Assembly (NCBI RefSeq): GCF_018977255.1
Contig: NW_024704743.1
Coordinates: forward strand, 73,472,001 to 73,536,000
DNA from: Callorhinchus milii
Lineage: Eukaryota
Reading direction: 5' to 3'
DNA: 64,000 bases
Shown: positions 1 through 13,002 of the stretch, one piece after another
Layout: each line of letters begins with the position of its first letter
Position numbering within the stretch: the first letter of the stretch is position 1
Made by a program: the position numbers and the translations under genes
Notes under the pieces: generated by a model
What the model was told of the DNA's origin: nothing
Seen by the model: only the letters and a program-made list of their open reading frames with translations
Database searches by the model: none

Positions 1-1600
1 ATGCAATTCTAATATGGTAACCCTGCACTACTAGAAATTCAAGGTGAATAAAATTGGCCACACACTTCATTGTTGGTTGTGGGACATTGCTGTGCGCAAA
101 TTGGCTGACGCGTTTGCTTAAAAAATACAGTCACTACACTTTACAGTAAATCCTGTGAAGTGCTTTCAGACATCTTGATGATTAATTATATCATTATTAT
201 ACCCATTAGACAATTTTTTTCAAACTTGAAATACACTAATGATGAATCTAGCTTGTTTCCAGTGACAACAATAATCCACATCCAATTCAGCAGCAAAAAA
301 CTTTTGAAACGGTTAAGCAATAATGCGGTCTAGACACACTTTGTCTTGACAGGGCACTTTTATTTTTGCACTGAGCGCAGAGGAGGCAACAAGCATTTTG
401 TTGTGTGATTCATACAAACATGCAAAGCATTTTTCCATCTTAGCAAACTATCTCAACAAACACAGAACTAGTTTAGACTACTCTGGCTCAAGCCTTCTTT
501 CTCCGGCCGATGTTAAATATGTGTGACAAGTAACCATCCAATTCATAACATGTACCTACAGCGGGAAACATTCCGCCAATTCGCATTAAATCAACAGTTT
601 CACTTTGACAAGCCATTAGAATGCATTTTGAACAAAATTTACACCTCTATAGTGAGTCCTCTTCTAAAGTTGGCCACTGCGTTCAATATAATCAATATAT
701 TTAACAGAAACAATCTAATGAAGCACTTTGAGATGAAGATATATCAAATGCAAGGTTTATTATTATTACAATTATTATTATTATGTAATGTAAAGTAGAA
801 CTATACATCTGGCCCATGTTATAGTTGACCTTGCATTGCTTGATGCTGGTATTTGTAGGTGATAAATCTGCCTCAATCACTTGGACTCACATTACACTAA
901 TTCCTATAAGGATTTTTCAGTGTCCTGATGTGATATTTAGGCTTTTTTCCGACGGTCTCCTTTATCCTGTTTATTCCCTCTGCCTCATAAATACAACTAA
1001 CATTTATTTTAAAATCAAAGTTAGCACTTCTCAACGTAACCCAATTTTCTGGGTTACATTTTTTCCACCTTCGTAGTGAATTGCTGTACAGTCCTTGATT
1101 CTCAATAGAAAAAAAGTGCTTCATTTTTCATGACAGTTTAAAAATTTAATTATACCCTTTATTATTTATAAGCACAGAAGGACATATTCAGAAACTTATC
1201 AACAGTGCTGTACAGAATATATATATAAGATTCATTGTTTCCAAAGTGAATTTGACCTTTTTAACAAGATGCCAGAAAAATTAACAAAAAAGGAAGGAAA
1301 GCCAGTCAGTATATTGTTTTTTTGTTTGGTTAGCTCTGTGTCTGACACTTTGGAAAACTAATTACCATTGTTTAAGAGTGTCCAAATCAAACTGCTGCGA
1401 GTTTCACATATGTCTAGAAATGAGCTTTTGTTCAGTGTGGAATGCACCCAGTATTCACAAAGAGACACGCCCAGCTAACCGAATCCCAGAAAGTTTATGT
1501 GCAGGTTGGTAAGAGCTGGGGACACCAGCATGTGGATTGAATTACTATTGGTGTCTAACCAGCTAAAACCACATAGCTTGGTATTGCAAACAATCCTGGC

Positions 1601-1779
1601 CTTGCCCCTCTACTAACAGACATCATCAACCTTTCCCTGTCCATCGGCACCGTTCCCACCCACTTAAAATCTGCCTTCATCACCCCCATCCTCAAGAAAT
1701 CTTCCCTTGAACCATCTCTCTTCTCTAACTACTGTCCCATCCTTCCCTTTCTTTCCAAGGTCCCGGATTAAATCATTGC
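1601..1779 (+). mobile_element. L2 LINE RT fragment
   Basis: Translates as LAPLLTDIINLSLSIGTVPTHLKSAFITPILKKSSLEPSLFSNYCPI..LPFLSKV. Confidence 0.8.
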
Positions 1780-2193
1780 TGTACTGCCTTTTGAATAACA
1801 TCTAATTATTCCACTTAATTTTACCATTACGTAATAAAATCCATACAGCAGAAATTAAATAAACATTTCTTTTGTGACTATCCTATTTTCTTACTCACTT
1901 TGAATTACAGTATTTACCCCTGTCACATCAGCCACAGTTAATAGTGTATTCAGCAGAGACTCTGTAATGCTGCCTTTGAAAGTTATACAAAAGCATGTGA
2001 CAGGAAGAAAGATGCTGTAGAAAATAATTTACTCTGTTAGAGAAAGAATCAGTATTGACCTGATAAATGCAATTGTAATGTGCTAATCAATCCCCCCACT
2101 TTGCCTCTTCTTTGCCTATCTTCAGATAGCATCTGAAGACCTTCCTCTTTGACCGTGTCTACGGTCACCTCCCTTCTTTCCCCGGCTCGGCGT

Positions 2194-2645
2194 CAACAAC
2201 AACAACAAGATTCTATTTGTAGAGCGCCTTTCACGTCGGGAGGACGTCCCAAGGCACTGGACAGTTGGGTCAGGACCCGAGCAGGGGGGAAATGGTCAGG
2301 GTGAGGGGAGGGAAGGGAGGGAGCGAGGAGGGGGTAGAGAGTCGAGAGGGGAGCTGAAGGCACGGTCAAAGAGAAAGGTCTTGAGACCGGCCTTGAAGGA
2401 GGAAAGGGAGAAGGCGGCGAAGGCACTGGGGGATGGAGTTCCAGAGCCTCGGGGCTGAGAGGCTGAAGGCCCGGCCACCGATGGTAGGGCGGTTGGGGTG
2501 GGGGACGTGGAGCAGACTGGAGCCAGAAGCCGGAGGGTACGGGCAGGTAGTTAGGGGGATAGTAGGTCGGAGAGGTAGGAGGGAGCAAGGCCGTGAATGG
2601 CCTTGTAGGTGAGGATGAGGATCTTGAATTTAAAGTCTTGAAGTC
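2194..2645 (-). mobile_element. L2 LINE 3' end
   Basis: ORF2 C-terminal relic (FKAGLKTFLFDRAF), hairpin tail ggacgtcctcccgacgtgaaaggcgct and (TTG)n. Confidence 0.85.
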
Positions 2646-5464
2646 AAGCTCTGCCGTTGTTAAATCCCTCCCCCTGACTCTTTCCCAATGGTTGAGCCCT
2701 AAGTCATTCATGCATTGGACTCCCAACTGTGGGTTAGCAGGACTCTTGGTATTCTTGTTGAGTGAAGCCAGTATCCCGCTAATCCCCTTGTCTGATTGAT
2801 CCAATGTGCACAACTTTCAGCCCAACCAATGTGCAGCTGTGGGATAGGGGAATTACACCTGTGATCGGTTGAGATCTTTAAGTACCAACCAGGCGTAATA
2901 TTCAACCATGTGTTTACACCAATGTTAATTAATACAACACAGGTCACAATTTTCACCCAAAGTTTGCTTTCACACCAAGCCTTTTGGCATTGTCTTTATT
3001 CATAAATTTAAGTTATTTTTAATTTAATAAAAAGGAATAAAGCATCTGATTCTACAAATAAAGTTTGCAAACTGCTGTTTTTGGTTCAGATTTCTAAAAT
3101 CGTTTTAGACATGTAATCTGATTTCTAGTTTTATTTAATAAAAAATAGAATTGACACATGAAACCTGCCAATAGATTAGCTTTGTGGTAGGAAGAATCAA
3201 TGAAGAGTGATTGACCTTCCCTCCGATTCTCTTGGGCTGGTAACTTCCATAGACAGCTGGGCACATCTCTGTTTGAAACAAAAAAAAGGACAAATCATAA
3301 TCCTTGGCCTTTCAACAAAACAATATTCAAGGCCAATTGTTACAAGAGAAAACACTGGAAATCTACAATAAAAACAGAAAATGCTTGTGGATTACAGACC
3401 TTCATCATAACATTTAAAATCTCTTTCGAATGCTAATTGACCTTCTGTGCATTTCCAGCCTTTCCTGGTTTTGGTTCACAATTGTCCAAGTGGTGAATCT
3501 ATAACCTGGAACTCAAGGGACTATTTATACTGTTGTATGTCAAGAAGCCTCAAATTTCACCTTATTCTACCAAACCTGTAAAACCATTTTGTCTTAAAAT
3601 GTACGATTATACAGAATTGTTGAAAGTTCCCCAAATCAGTCTTAATTTGGAACAACGTTTTCTGAAGTTCTCAAAAACTTCCAACTTGGGTCTAAATTTA
3701 AGAATTTTCCACAATTCCGGAATTTCACATTTACACAATTCTAATCTCAAATTTTAAGACAAAAAGATCTTACAGGCTAAGATGAGATGGAATTTCAGGT
3801 CAAGGATACTTTCAAAATATATGAGTTGCATCCCCACAAGATAACATACAGAAGAGAGAATAGAATGGAGTGGAATAAGTGATGGGAATAGAAGGGATGG
3901 GGGCTTCTGTGGAACAACAACAGGGACTAGTTGGTCTGAATGGTCTGTTTCCATGCCGTCACACACTATGTAACTCTGTGTAAAATAAGGAAGAGAGCTC
4001 TGCACACTTAGGGATATCATGACATTGTGAATTTTACCAAAACATTTCCAGCAACAGACATTGTTTTGTAATTCTCTATACAGACGACAGTTGATCTAAT
4101 CACCACAAAAGTCAGTTCGGTGAATATTTTCCCCAATTGTCTTCCTTTAACAATAACATTTCAACTGCTTGTTATCCAGAGACAGACAAGAGAATAGTTG
4201 ACAGAATGATAAATTGACAATTGGAGAGACTAACATTTGATGGAATTGTATTTTCCCATAGAATTGCCATGACTTGCTATCTGTGCTAACTGGCCATACA
4301 GTCCTTTGGAGTGAATTTTCTATACTATGATTAACTGCATGGTTACACAATCTGAAAGTAATGTTCTATTGCCATGTGTCCACACTCTCTAATGCATGTA
4401 CAATTTTTCAGCACAGAAGGAAGCTGTTCAGCCCATTTGGTCTGTGTCACTTGCTACCTTTTTTTTAGAAAGTCTTTTTTTTAATCAATCCTACTTTCCA
4501 TGGGATGGGTTAACATGCAGTGTATAAAGCCACAGCAGTTCCCTCGTAAATTGGCAGAAGCCTAATACAACTACATCAAGTAGATGATCATTACATCATT
4601 GCTGCAGGAGCACCTTGTGTCAACTCTGTTCCTCCTATGGGAGATAACATCTCAATCATTCCATGTGGTCCGTGCTGAATTCTGTGGTGGAAAGTGTTTT
4701 CTCTCCCCATTCCTTCCCCATTAAGAAATGGAACAGCAGGTTGTATTAATATGATTCTAGAGTGTAACATACTCATTGCCTCTTCTATTATTGCTTTTAA
4801 CTAAGCTATTATGGGTAGTGTAACCAACCAGAAGAAATTTAGAGATATTGTCTTAGTGAGACTACTGATACAAACATCCGGCTAAACGTCTACCTCTTTG
4901 TCCAAGTCTTTGGTCACCTCTCTCCTCCTTCCACTTATAGCATTTGACAGATCAGTCTATGTGAATGTCACTATATGAATCCAAGTTATGGATAATATTT
5001 TTCAACAATTTATTCTTCACCTCTTGGGATGTTATAAATATGTAATTCAGTCCAGGCATGAATATTCATCTTGATGGTGTGCACGTTGACAAGTAAGGAG
5101 AAGAACACCTAACATCTTTCACAGCTATTCTTAGACCTTAAACAATTTGCTTTAATTCATAGCACAGAAACAAGAAGGTTGAGCCCTTAGCTAGAAGGTC
5201 AAAAACATTGCAAGTGAGAAAGAAAATGCATGAATAAAAATTCAAATATGGCAAAATGGTAGAGAAAGACCAAATGCGCTCAGTGCAGATCAGAATCAAT
5301 AGAATCAAGTTCTTTGAGGCATGTTTCCAACGTGAAAGGATGCGGATATTACAATTCATAATAAAATACAATATAAACGTAAATTGCATTTTATTGTGAA
5401 TTGTAATAGCCACATGAGGTTCTTGTTGGTATTTCTTAGTTTCCTGGGGGTTCTGTCTATATAA

Positions 5465-5665
5465 ATTTTTCACCCAAAGAGTAGTGGATGCTGGATCCTT
5501 TCAAGTTTTCAAGACTGAGGTTTATAGATATTTGTTAGGTCAGGGTATCAAGGGATATGGGGCAAGGGCAGGTTATTGGAGTTGAAGTATGGATCAATCA
5601 TGATCTTATAGAATGGCAGAACAGGTTTGAGGTGCCGAATAGCCTACTCCTCGTGTTCCTATAAT
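5465..5665 (+). mobile_element. CR1 3' end
   Basis: ttcaagactgagg..atagatatttg..aagggatatgggg..gatcttatagaatggcagaacagg..gccgaatagcctactcct. Confidence 0.8.
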
Positions 5666-7775
5666 CCTTACATTCACATTGACTTTTTTCCATTCTTTAT
5701 TATCTCTCAGTGTTTGAGCTTGTAGAAGCAAGTAAGATTAGAGATCAGAGTAATGGTAAAGGTTTAAGAGAAGAACATAAGAACTTGCTAGGTGAAAGAA
5801 GACCAAGATCCATCCAGTTCGCCTTCCACCATCCTAATAGTCGCTTGACATGTCAAGGTTACCCAATCGATTGTAAATTTGCCCCCTTTCTGGGGGTGAG
5901 TTATATCTGCTGGTCAATAAATTTACTGACCTTGTCAGAGAAAAATAGAAAAATTGTATTATAAACTCACACTGTTGCTGTCACTAAATTTGATAACGAT
6001 TGGAAAATCACCCTTTTAGTGCTGAGGATACTCTGCAGGTCCACCACCACAGTCCTCACCAGGCTCCACTGTCTCTCTACAAAGCAATTTCAAGGTCCTC
6101 ATCCCTAACAACTCTCTATTTATGTGACCTTCTCCTACCTCACTCCTTTGCTCACCCCAGCTGAGTCGGACTTTCTGCCCATCCCTCCGCCCTCTCCACA
6201 CCACCTTCAGTGCCCGAATCTTCAAATTCTATGTGCCCACATTCTCTGGAACTTCCCCTCCTCTACCCTTCCATTTCGCCTCTCTAAATATCTTTAAGTC
6301 CTGTCTACTTCTTTGACCGTGTCTTCGGTGCCCTCCCCTTCCCCCTACCCTCTCTCCCTTCCAGGTTGTCTGACTATGTCACTATATAGCGATCCAAGAC
6401 ATATTCTATGTGAAGGATGTTATATAAATGCAAGTGTTTTTGTTGGTGGTGGTGGTTGTGAAGATCCTTCTTTGACTGAACCTCTCCCGTGAGAGCAAAA
6501 AGGAAAGATTTCCTTTCTTCACTCCTGTCTGCTAAGCATCCCATCCATTTTTTAAGAAATTGGAACATCAGAGATCTACTGGTTTATTAGTTCAGTTGAA
6601 TCATCTCCTCGACCCCCTTCCCTCATTCATCCCCAGACAGAACTTCACCTCTAAGAATATTTAGAAAAATTCCTATAACCAGATTGATTCTCTCTCGGAA
6701 ACAAATCCACAGGCTCACGTGCTGTCCGATCAACAGAGCTTCATCTACATTCGCTACAGCAGCTGGCAAACGAAACGCAGCAACCATTAATCTGGTCATT
6801 TTGTTTTTCCGCAGTTTTTAGGACACATATAACAACAAAATGGGGATAGAGAAGACAGCTGTTATATCATTAAGCAGTAAATCTGTGCTGCCCATTAAAA
6901 CTAAACCTGTGAGCTATTAAACATTGTTAAGACTAAAGCTAAACCTATAGAAGTGGAGGTCATTCTATTACATCAAACCTGTCCTCTCCGTGACCTTGAT
7001 GTAATGTGTGTTTTAACAGAAAAAATGGGAATATTTAAAAAAAACTACTGATTCAACCTCTTTTTCATTCTAAGAAATAAGATCACATAAGATTACAAAA
7101 GAGGTTCTAATGATTAAATCAACCTTGGTTTTATTTGGATCTATAAATGTGGAGTTCTTTTCAACTATTCTTGGAAATACCATTACCACTGAGTAATCTG
7201 GTGCGCTGTAATCCACAGGTACATAGGTCCCCAGATCAACCACTTCATCTTTCAAGACTCAGAATCTTTCAGTTACTTCTAGCATCAATGACATGTTTCA
7301 GCTATACAAATCTATAGCACACTGATTTAGTCTCTCATTCTGCCTATCTATATACTGGAAGATCTTTGTGTGAAGCACTTTGAAATATCCTCCCACGTGA
7401 GAGGCACTAAATGTAAATGTAAATTGTTCTTCTAGGGACTGGGTGAAGATAGTGCAATGTGCCTCTTTTTTGCAGCTCAAAGGAAAAATCTGGAGATAGT
7501 GAGTTGGATTTCAGGATGGCAGCTGTATTGTCGCTGTGCTCTTAACAGCCAGCAGCAGTGACCTAGATAAAATCTAATGTTAAGAGTTTAAAGTGTTCAA
7601 CTGTTGTCAGATAGCCAGCAGCACTAGACACCTCTGCCATTGCTATTGGGTTCCATAATTCATATTTGATGAGTTTTCTACAGATTGATGCTCTCATATC
7701 TCAATAACATTAAACTAAATCAATACTAAATGAATAGGAAATGTTACAATATTGTGCTAAGGCACAAGCTAAGGT

Positions 7776-8045
7776 GTGTCAGCCTGGTTGAGTTGTTAGC
7801 ACTCTCACCTCTGAGTCAGAAGGCTGTGGGTTCAAGCCCCACATTAGGACGTTGAACGCACATATTCTCGGCTGACACTCTGGGGCAGTGCTGGGGGTGT
7901 GCTGTCTGGGCGGAGGGGCCATCCTTCGGATACAAAGTTAAACCGAGGTCTGTCTGTTCAGGTGGTCGTCAAAGATCCCATGAGACTACTCAAATAGAGA
8001 AGGAAGAAGGACATTTCTCCTGGTGTCCGAGTCAACAGTCTCTCA
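7776..8045 (+). mobile_element. Deu-domain tRNA-SINE (SacSINE1/AmnSINE1-like)
   Basis: tRNA-like head (ggttcaagccc) followed by a Deu-type core: ccttcggata..ttaaaccgaggtc..ttcaggtgg..aaagatcccatg. Confidence 0.75.
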
Positions 8046-8057
8046 TATAAAATTGGA

Positions 8058-9060
8058 GTGAAGATCCTGGTAACACAGGAGGAGATGTCAAGGCCATGGG
8101 TAATGCTGAGATCAAGGGGGTGGCCACAGTTGTTGATCAGGGAGTTTATGTAGATGGTGAGTTTAAGGGAGGTGAGGAGGACTGTGAAATCAGAGGAAAT
8201 GGGACAGGAGGAGTTAAGGTGAAGGTTGAAATTGCCTATTATGAAGAGCCGCTCAGTACAAAAGCAGAGGGATGAGGGGAGACGGGAAGGAACCAGGTGG
8301 TTTGGAGGACAACAACAACAACAACTTGCACTTATATAGTGTCCTCCACACAGGGTAGTGTCTCAGAGCGCTTAACAGTAGTGGAGCCTGACTCCGAGCC
8401 GGGGGTGTATGGGAGGAGGTGGTCGTAAGCACACTCGAAGGAAAAGGTTTTCAGCGGTACTTGAAAAAGTGGAGAGAGGGGCAAGGCGGAGGGACTGAGG
8501 GAGAGCGTTCCAGAATGTCGGGGCATAGTTGCTGAAAGTGCAACCTCCAATGGTGGGGCGGAGAATGCGTGGGGCGAGCAGGAGGCCAGTGCCAGTCGAG
8601 TGGAGGTGCTGGGTGATGGATTGGGGGAGTGAGGAGGTCAGAGAGGTAAGGAGGTGCCAGGGACAGTGGACTAGGAGGATTTTGAAAGAGAGAAGAGAGG
8701 GATAGTATAGTGTGAGCCCAAGGAAATTGATGTGCTTGACCAGAACTTTGTTTGAAAGGGAGTGAACATTTTGGAGGGCAATGTGAACAGGGGCACTGAT
8801 GAGGGATTGTCCAGGGATGGGGACAGAGGAGAGGAGTTGGGGGGGAGGGGGGGGTGCACATGCAAAGTTAGAGGGAGGAAGAGATTTGGGAAGGATGTGG
8901 GTGAGGGAAGGGGGGATTTATATCCCCGAGGTGGGGAAGTGGGGTTTTGCGGAGAGAAGGCTGAGTGGCTGGCAGGAGAGAAGAACTGAATGGACAACAA
9001 CAAATTTCATTTATACAACGCCCTTCACATGCGGCAGCGTCTCACAGTGCTTGGGACGAG
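8058..9060 (-). mobile_element. Nested L2 fragments (ORF2 start/endonuclease piece with two L2 3' ends)
   Basis: IALQNVHSLSNK near 8780 and ERLFIIGNFNLHLN near 8250. L2 tails with (TTG)n at 8308-8670 and 8993-9060. Confidence 0.75.
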
Positions 9061-9789
9061 AAGCGGGGGCATTTGGGGAGGGGGCAGCTTGGGTTTTGTT
9101 AAACTTTTGCTTTGTTTTGCAACTTACCTTTTCCTCCTTTTTTTTCTCCTCACTACTTCTCCAGCAAACTAAATGTGCATAGTACAAACCTTTTAATTAT
9201 TAATTAATCATGGGAGTGCCATTCCATGTACCAAACCATTAGCCGTGGATGCAAAGCTGGAAAGTGCTAGGTGATATTTAAAATATTTATTAAACTGATT
9301 GATTTGAAAGACACTATCCTTTCAATTTTTTTTNAAAAAATGGAGTAACTGGTTTCAGAATCTCGTGATTTGGATATTAGAATATTTTCACCAGAGCTAA
9401 GTTGTGTGAAGAGGGTGTGTTTATGTGTGTGAGTATTGCATTCAGAGGATTTCCTCATGCTTACAAGCAATAGGCTGAAATCAAGCCAATATAGGCTTTC
9501 AGCCTATTTGCCCCACTCTCTCGAACTCTATCCAGGAGTCCCTCCAAGTTGCTCTCTCCCTCAACTCATTCAAGATCTACCTCTTTGACCATGCTTTAAG
9601 TCACCTTTCCACTCCACACCCCCAGCTTTTTAGTAACTTGAATGCCCTCTTGAGGTGAAAGTACTATATAAAAGGTAAACTTGTATTGTATATTCGAGAG
9701 TGGTATTCTCTCCCTATTCTAAAGCAATGGAAGAAAACTGGCCTCGAGTGGGATGAAGAGATATTATAAGGTTTTTTNACCTTGATTTT

Positions 9790-9990
9790 TATTGGTTGGC
9801 ATCTGTTTGTTTGGACTTGACTGAGAAGAGGAAAAGGGCATTCTGGTTGTTCTCATCTATCTTCGATGATAACCCAATACTCATTAAGCTTGTGATGTAT
9901 AAGACATGTGTCCAAACAATTGTTTTTTATGGTTCCGATCTGAGAACTGGGCATGCAGCAGGTGGATTTCCTATGATCCATTTGTGAAGT
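9790..9990 (+). mobile_element. Ancient RTE-like LINE relic
   Basis: IKLVMYKTCVQTIVFYGSD resembles the K..Y...V...LLYG.E post-RT motif; a related copy lies at 36010-36280. Confidence 0.45.
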
Positions 9991-12557
9991 GGAGTGACAT
10001 GTAAGGAATCAAAGAAAAGAAAGCAATTCTGTTCTTTGATTCCTTACATAATACTCCTATCCTTCCATTATAACATCAAGCTGTTTCTTCAATGAGCCCA
10101 ATGTCTTGGCCTCAACTACCCTATCTAGTGCCTGTTCCAGCTGTTGGTAAATAAATACTTCCTAGTATCTTCATGAGCAGAGAGGAAACAGGAAGTTTGG
10201 ACAAAAGCAAAATTTACTATGTGGTGGTCATTGTAAGTTTCATCTTAAGGGTATATTTTGTTCATTTATTGAGTTGATTGCAAGTCCTTTTACTGAGGAC
10301 GTAGACCAGTAACAGTATGAAGTATACAGCAGATTACTCAAATTCAACAGTCCAATTTAATCTGACATTTAAACGTTGGATGGCTTTTCAGATAGGCCAC
10401 TAGATGGAGCACTGTGAAAATCGAAAGTGCTACATTCAGGAGGGAAGGAACAATTAGGAGAACTAAATCTTGTCCAGAGCAATGTACTTCCTTCACCTTG
10501 ACCAATGAAGGTGAAGGAGACAGCTTGATAGCTGCTGAAATGTAATCTATTAAAATTACAGTCCACTTAGAGCATTAATAGGACTGCAAAATTGTACATG
10601 GAAGTGTGACATTAAAATAAGTTTGCAAAGATCCTTTTTTTCAGTAAGCTTTAATAAGTGACTTCAACATTTTTGGAAAAAGAATCTGCAACATATTAAA
10701 CTAAATGTATTTTAAATTGCTATTGGTTTTCAGTCAACACAAAGAGACGTGTTTCTTCTGATATTTTATGGCCATTTTTGTGCAGAAGAGAAATCAAACA
10801 AGGCAATTTGGGTTATCCTATGTGCCCTGAATTGCTCTCAATGAAAGCTGAAGAGCACAAGTGTTTTGTTGCGCTTGTGAAGACTGCTACAAACCAGTGT
10901 CAGATACCCGTTACATTTGCAATGTTATTCAAGAGCCAAAAGCGCAAATGGCTATCAAATACCATTTATCTCCACCTCTCCTAAAGAAGATTTTGTTTTA
11001 ATTCCTTTTCTGTGGACTGGGCTACAGTTCCATGGGTACTGGACAGCATTGTTTACTTTCCCAAGAGGTCAGTAATCATGTGTGAGTTGATAGGCTATTC
11101 AACCGCAGGAGGCATCAGCACCAAACCCTCTCCGTCCTTTCGCCACGTTCACACACGATCACCTTCCAGCAGAGGTTTCTGAATAGTGATCAAAACCAGG
11201 AATCTTGTCTGATTTTCTCCTCTCTAACCCAGAGGAATTTTAAGGCAAATTGTAGCGCTCTCCCCCCCACACCCTCCCCCAACACAACACAAACCGGGAT
11301 TCAAATGTGCACCTTTCAATCTGTATGGCCTAATGCTGCACCAGGGAGTTCCTTTACCCACAAGGCTACTAGGAAAGCTCGCAGATGGGTTGCCAATAGT
11401 ATTAAATACCTTAAGGATGGACTATTTTATGTTTAAAAATATTGTCAAATCAGCTGCAATAAAATGTGTACTGCCACTGTGGCATTAGTGCAGCCCATTC
11501 TGAAACTCAGCAGGGTTCAATATCCAATCAATATGCTTAAAAATGGATTGATATGCACTTTTAGCATTGATTTGAGATGACAATTGCACGTATGAATCAA
11601 TGGGGCATACACCAGTCATAATTATTGATACTTCCTGAGGTGTCAAGATAAATCATTAATATTTTCCAGTTGGAATTGTAGGTAGTTTTCTCTGAATTCT
11701 TGAATTTGTAAATTGTGCAAGGAATTCCTGCTCAGTGAAATATTTTAAACACCATTGCATACGTTGCTGGATTCCTTGCTGCTGATTTTCAAACTATGAA
11801 GCACAAAGATATTTTGGACAATACATTATTATACTTCAGACAGTGGGATATAGTGTGGTTCACTGCAGTTAAGATGAACTATCACAAAGGATATTAATTG
11901 AAAGTCTTTCAACTCTCAGCTCTGAGTATCAATCAGCAATGAGCTACATGACCTGTTGCTGCTCCTCAGAACTTTAGGTTTTCACATTATTAATAATTCT
12001 GGGTTCTCCAAAATGCTACATACATAGAGTAAATCTAGACAATTATTATTCATAGTTAAGGAATTGTATTATTATTATTTACGGTAAAATATTTGCTATT
12101 TTTGTGAATTAACCCGCTATAAATCACATTCATTTACACTATACAATATCTTTATTCATTATAAAGTCATAGCAAAAAGATTGCTTTTTTGTGATCAATA
12201 CAATTGACACTGATACAATAGCTTCTTTAATATTGTGGGGGACAGCCCAACAGGCTTCACAATTTGGGCTGGGGATCAAAGCTGAGGTGGGAGCTGTGGT
12301 AGATGAGGAGAGGAAAGATGACCAACCAGCATAGCATGGACCACACAAGGGGATAGATTAACATTATGTGATAATAATAATTATCACCAATGGCGACTAT
12401 CATTACCACGTATCACCCATTCTGGCAGTGAAGGATGACATATTGTGTCAAAAAGAAGACCCAAAATGTTTAAATGGGATTGAAGTGGTTGTTTTAATAC
12501 AATAATAATTTTAATACAATAAAATTAGATATGCAATTCTGGGAAGCATAACTACAT

Positions 12558-12781
12558 TAGTGGTGTCCAGCCTTTTTGGTCAGCCAACAAAATACATTTT
12601 CTTAATTAAATATTTCTTGAGTTATACCATAAACCCAGCAATATTCAATTAAGAAAACCTTGAAAACACACTATTGATTGAACATGAACTTACTTAGACT
12701 TGTGTGAATGTTCAGGGTGGCCACTTCTTGACAGCTCTATGGGCCACTTCCGGTCCATGGGCCATGGATTGGCCACCATTG
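12558..12781. mobile_element. Possible non-autonomous hAT-type DNA transposon
   Basis: Imperfect TIRs tagtggtgtccagcc / ggattggccaccattg; no convincing 8-bp TSD. Confidence 0.4.
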
Positions 12782-13002
12782 GTCTTGGTTAACAATGCAG
12801 TGTTGAGTGAGTGCTGTTTGGTCTTTCAGGGAGACTTTAATCTGAGATTCTGTCTGCCTATTCAGGTGGTTGTTAAACATCCCATGGCACTTATTGAAAA
12901 GAGAAGTTCAGTATTCTGAACAAAATCTCCCAGACAAAATTGGTCATTTGTACGACATTGTTGTGCACAAATTGCGAAGTTTGCATACGAATAAACAATC
13001 AC

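Noticed and set aside
2193..2813. 206-aa proline-rich ORF, and similar ORFs at 8451-9182, 45086-45554 and 61942-62408
   Set aside because: Off-frame translations of C-rich L2 relics.
9324..9780. Single N bases at 9334 and 9778
   Set aside because: Ambiguous base calls next to homopolymer runs; an assembly artefact.
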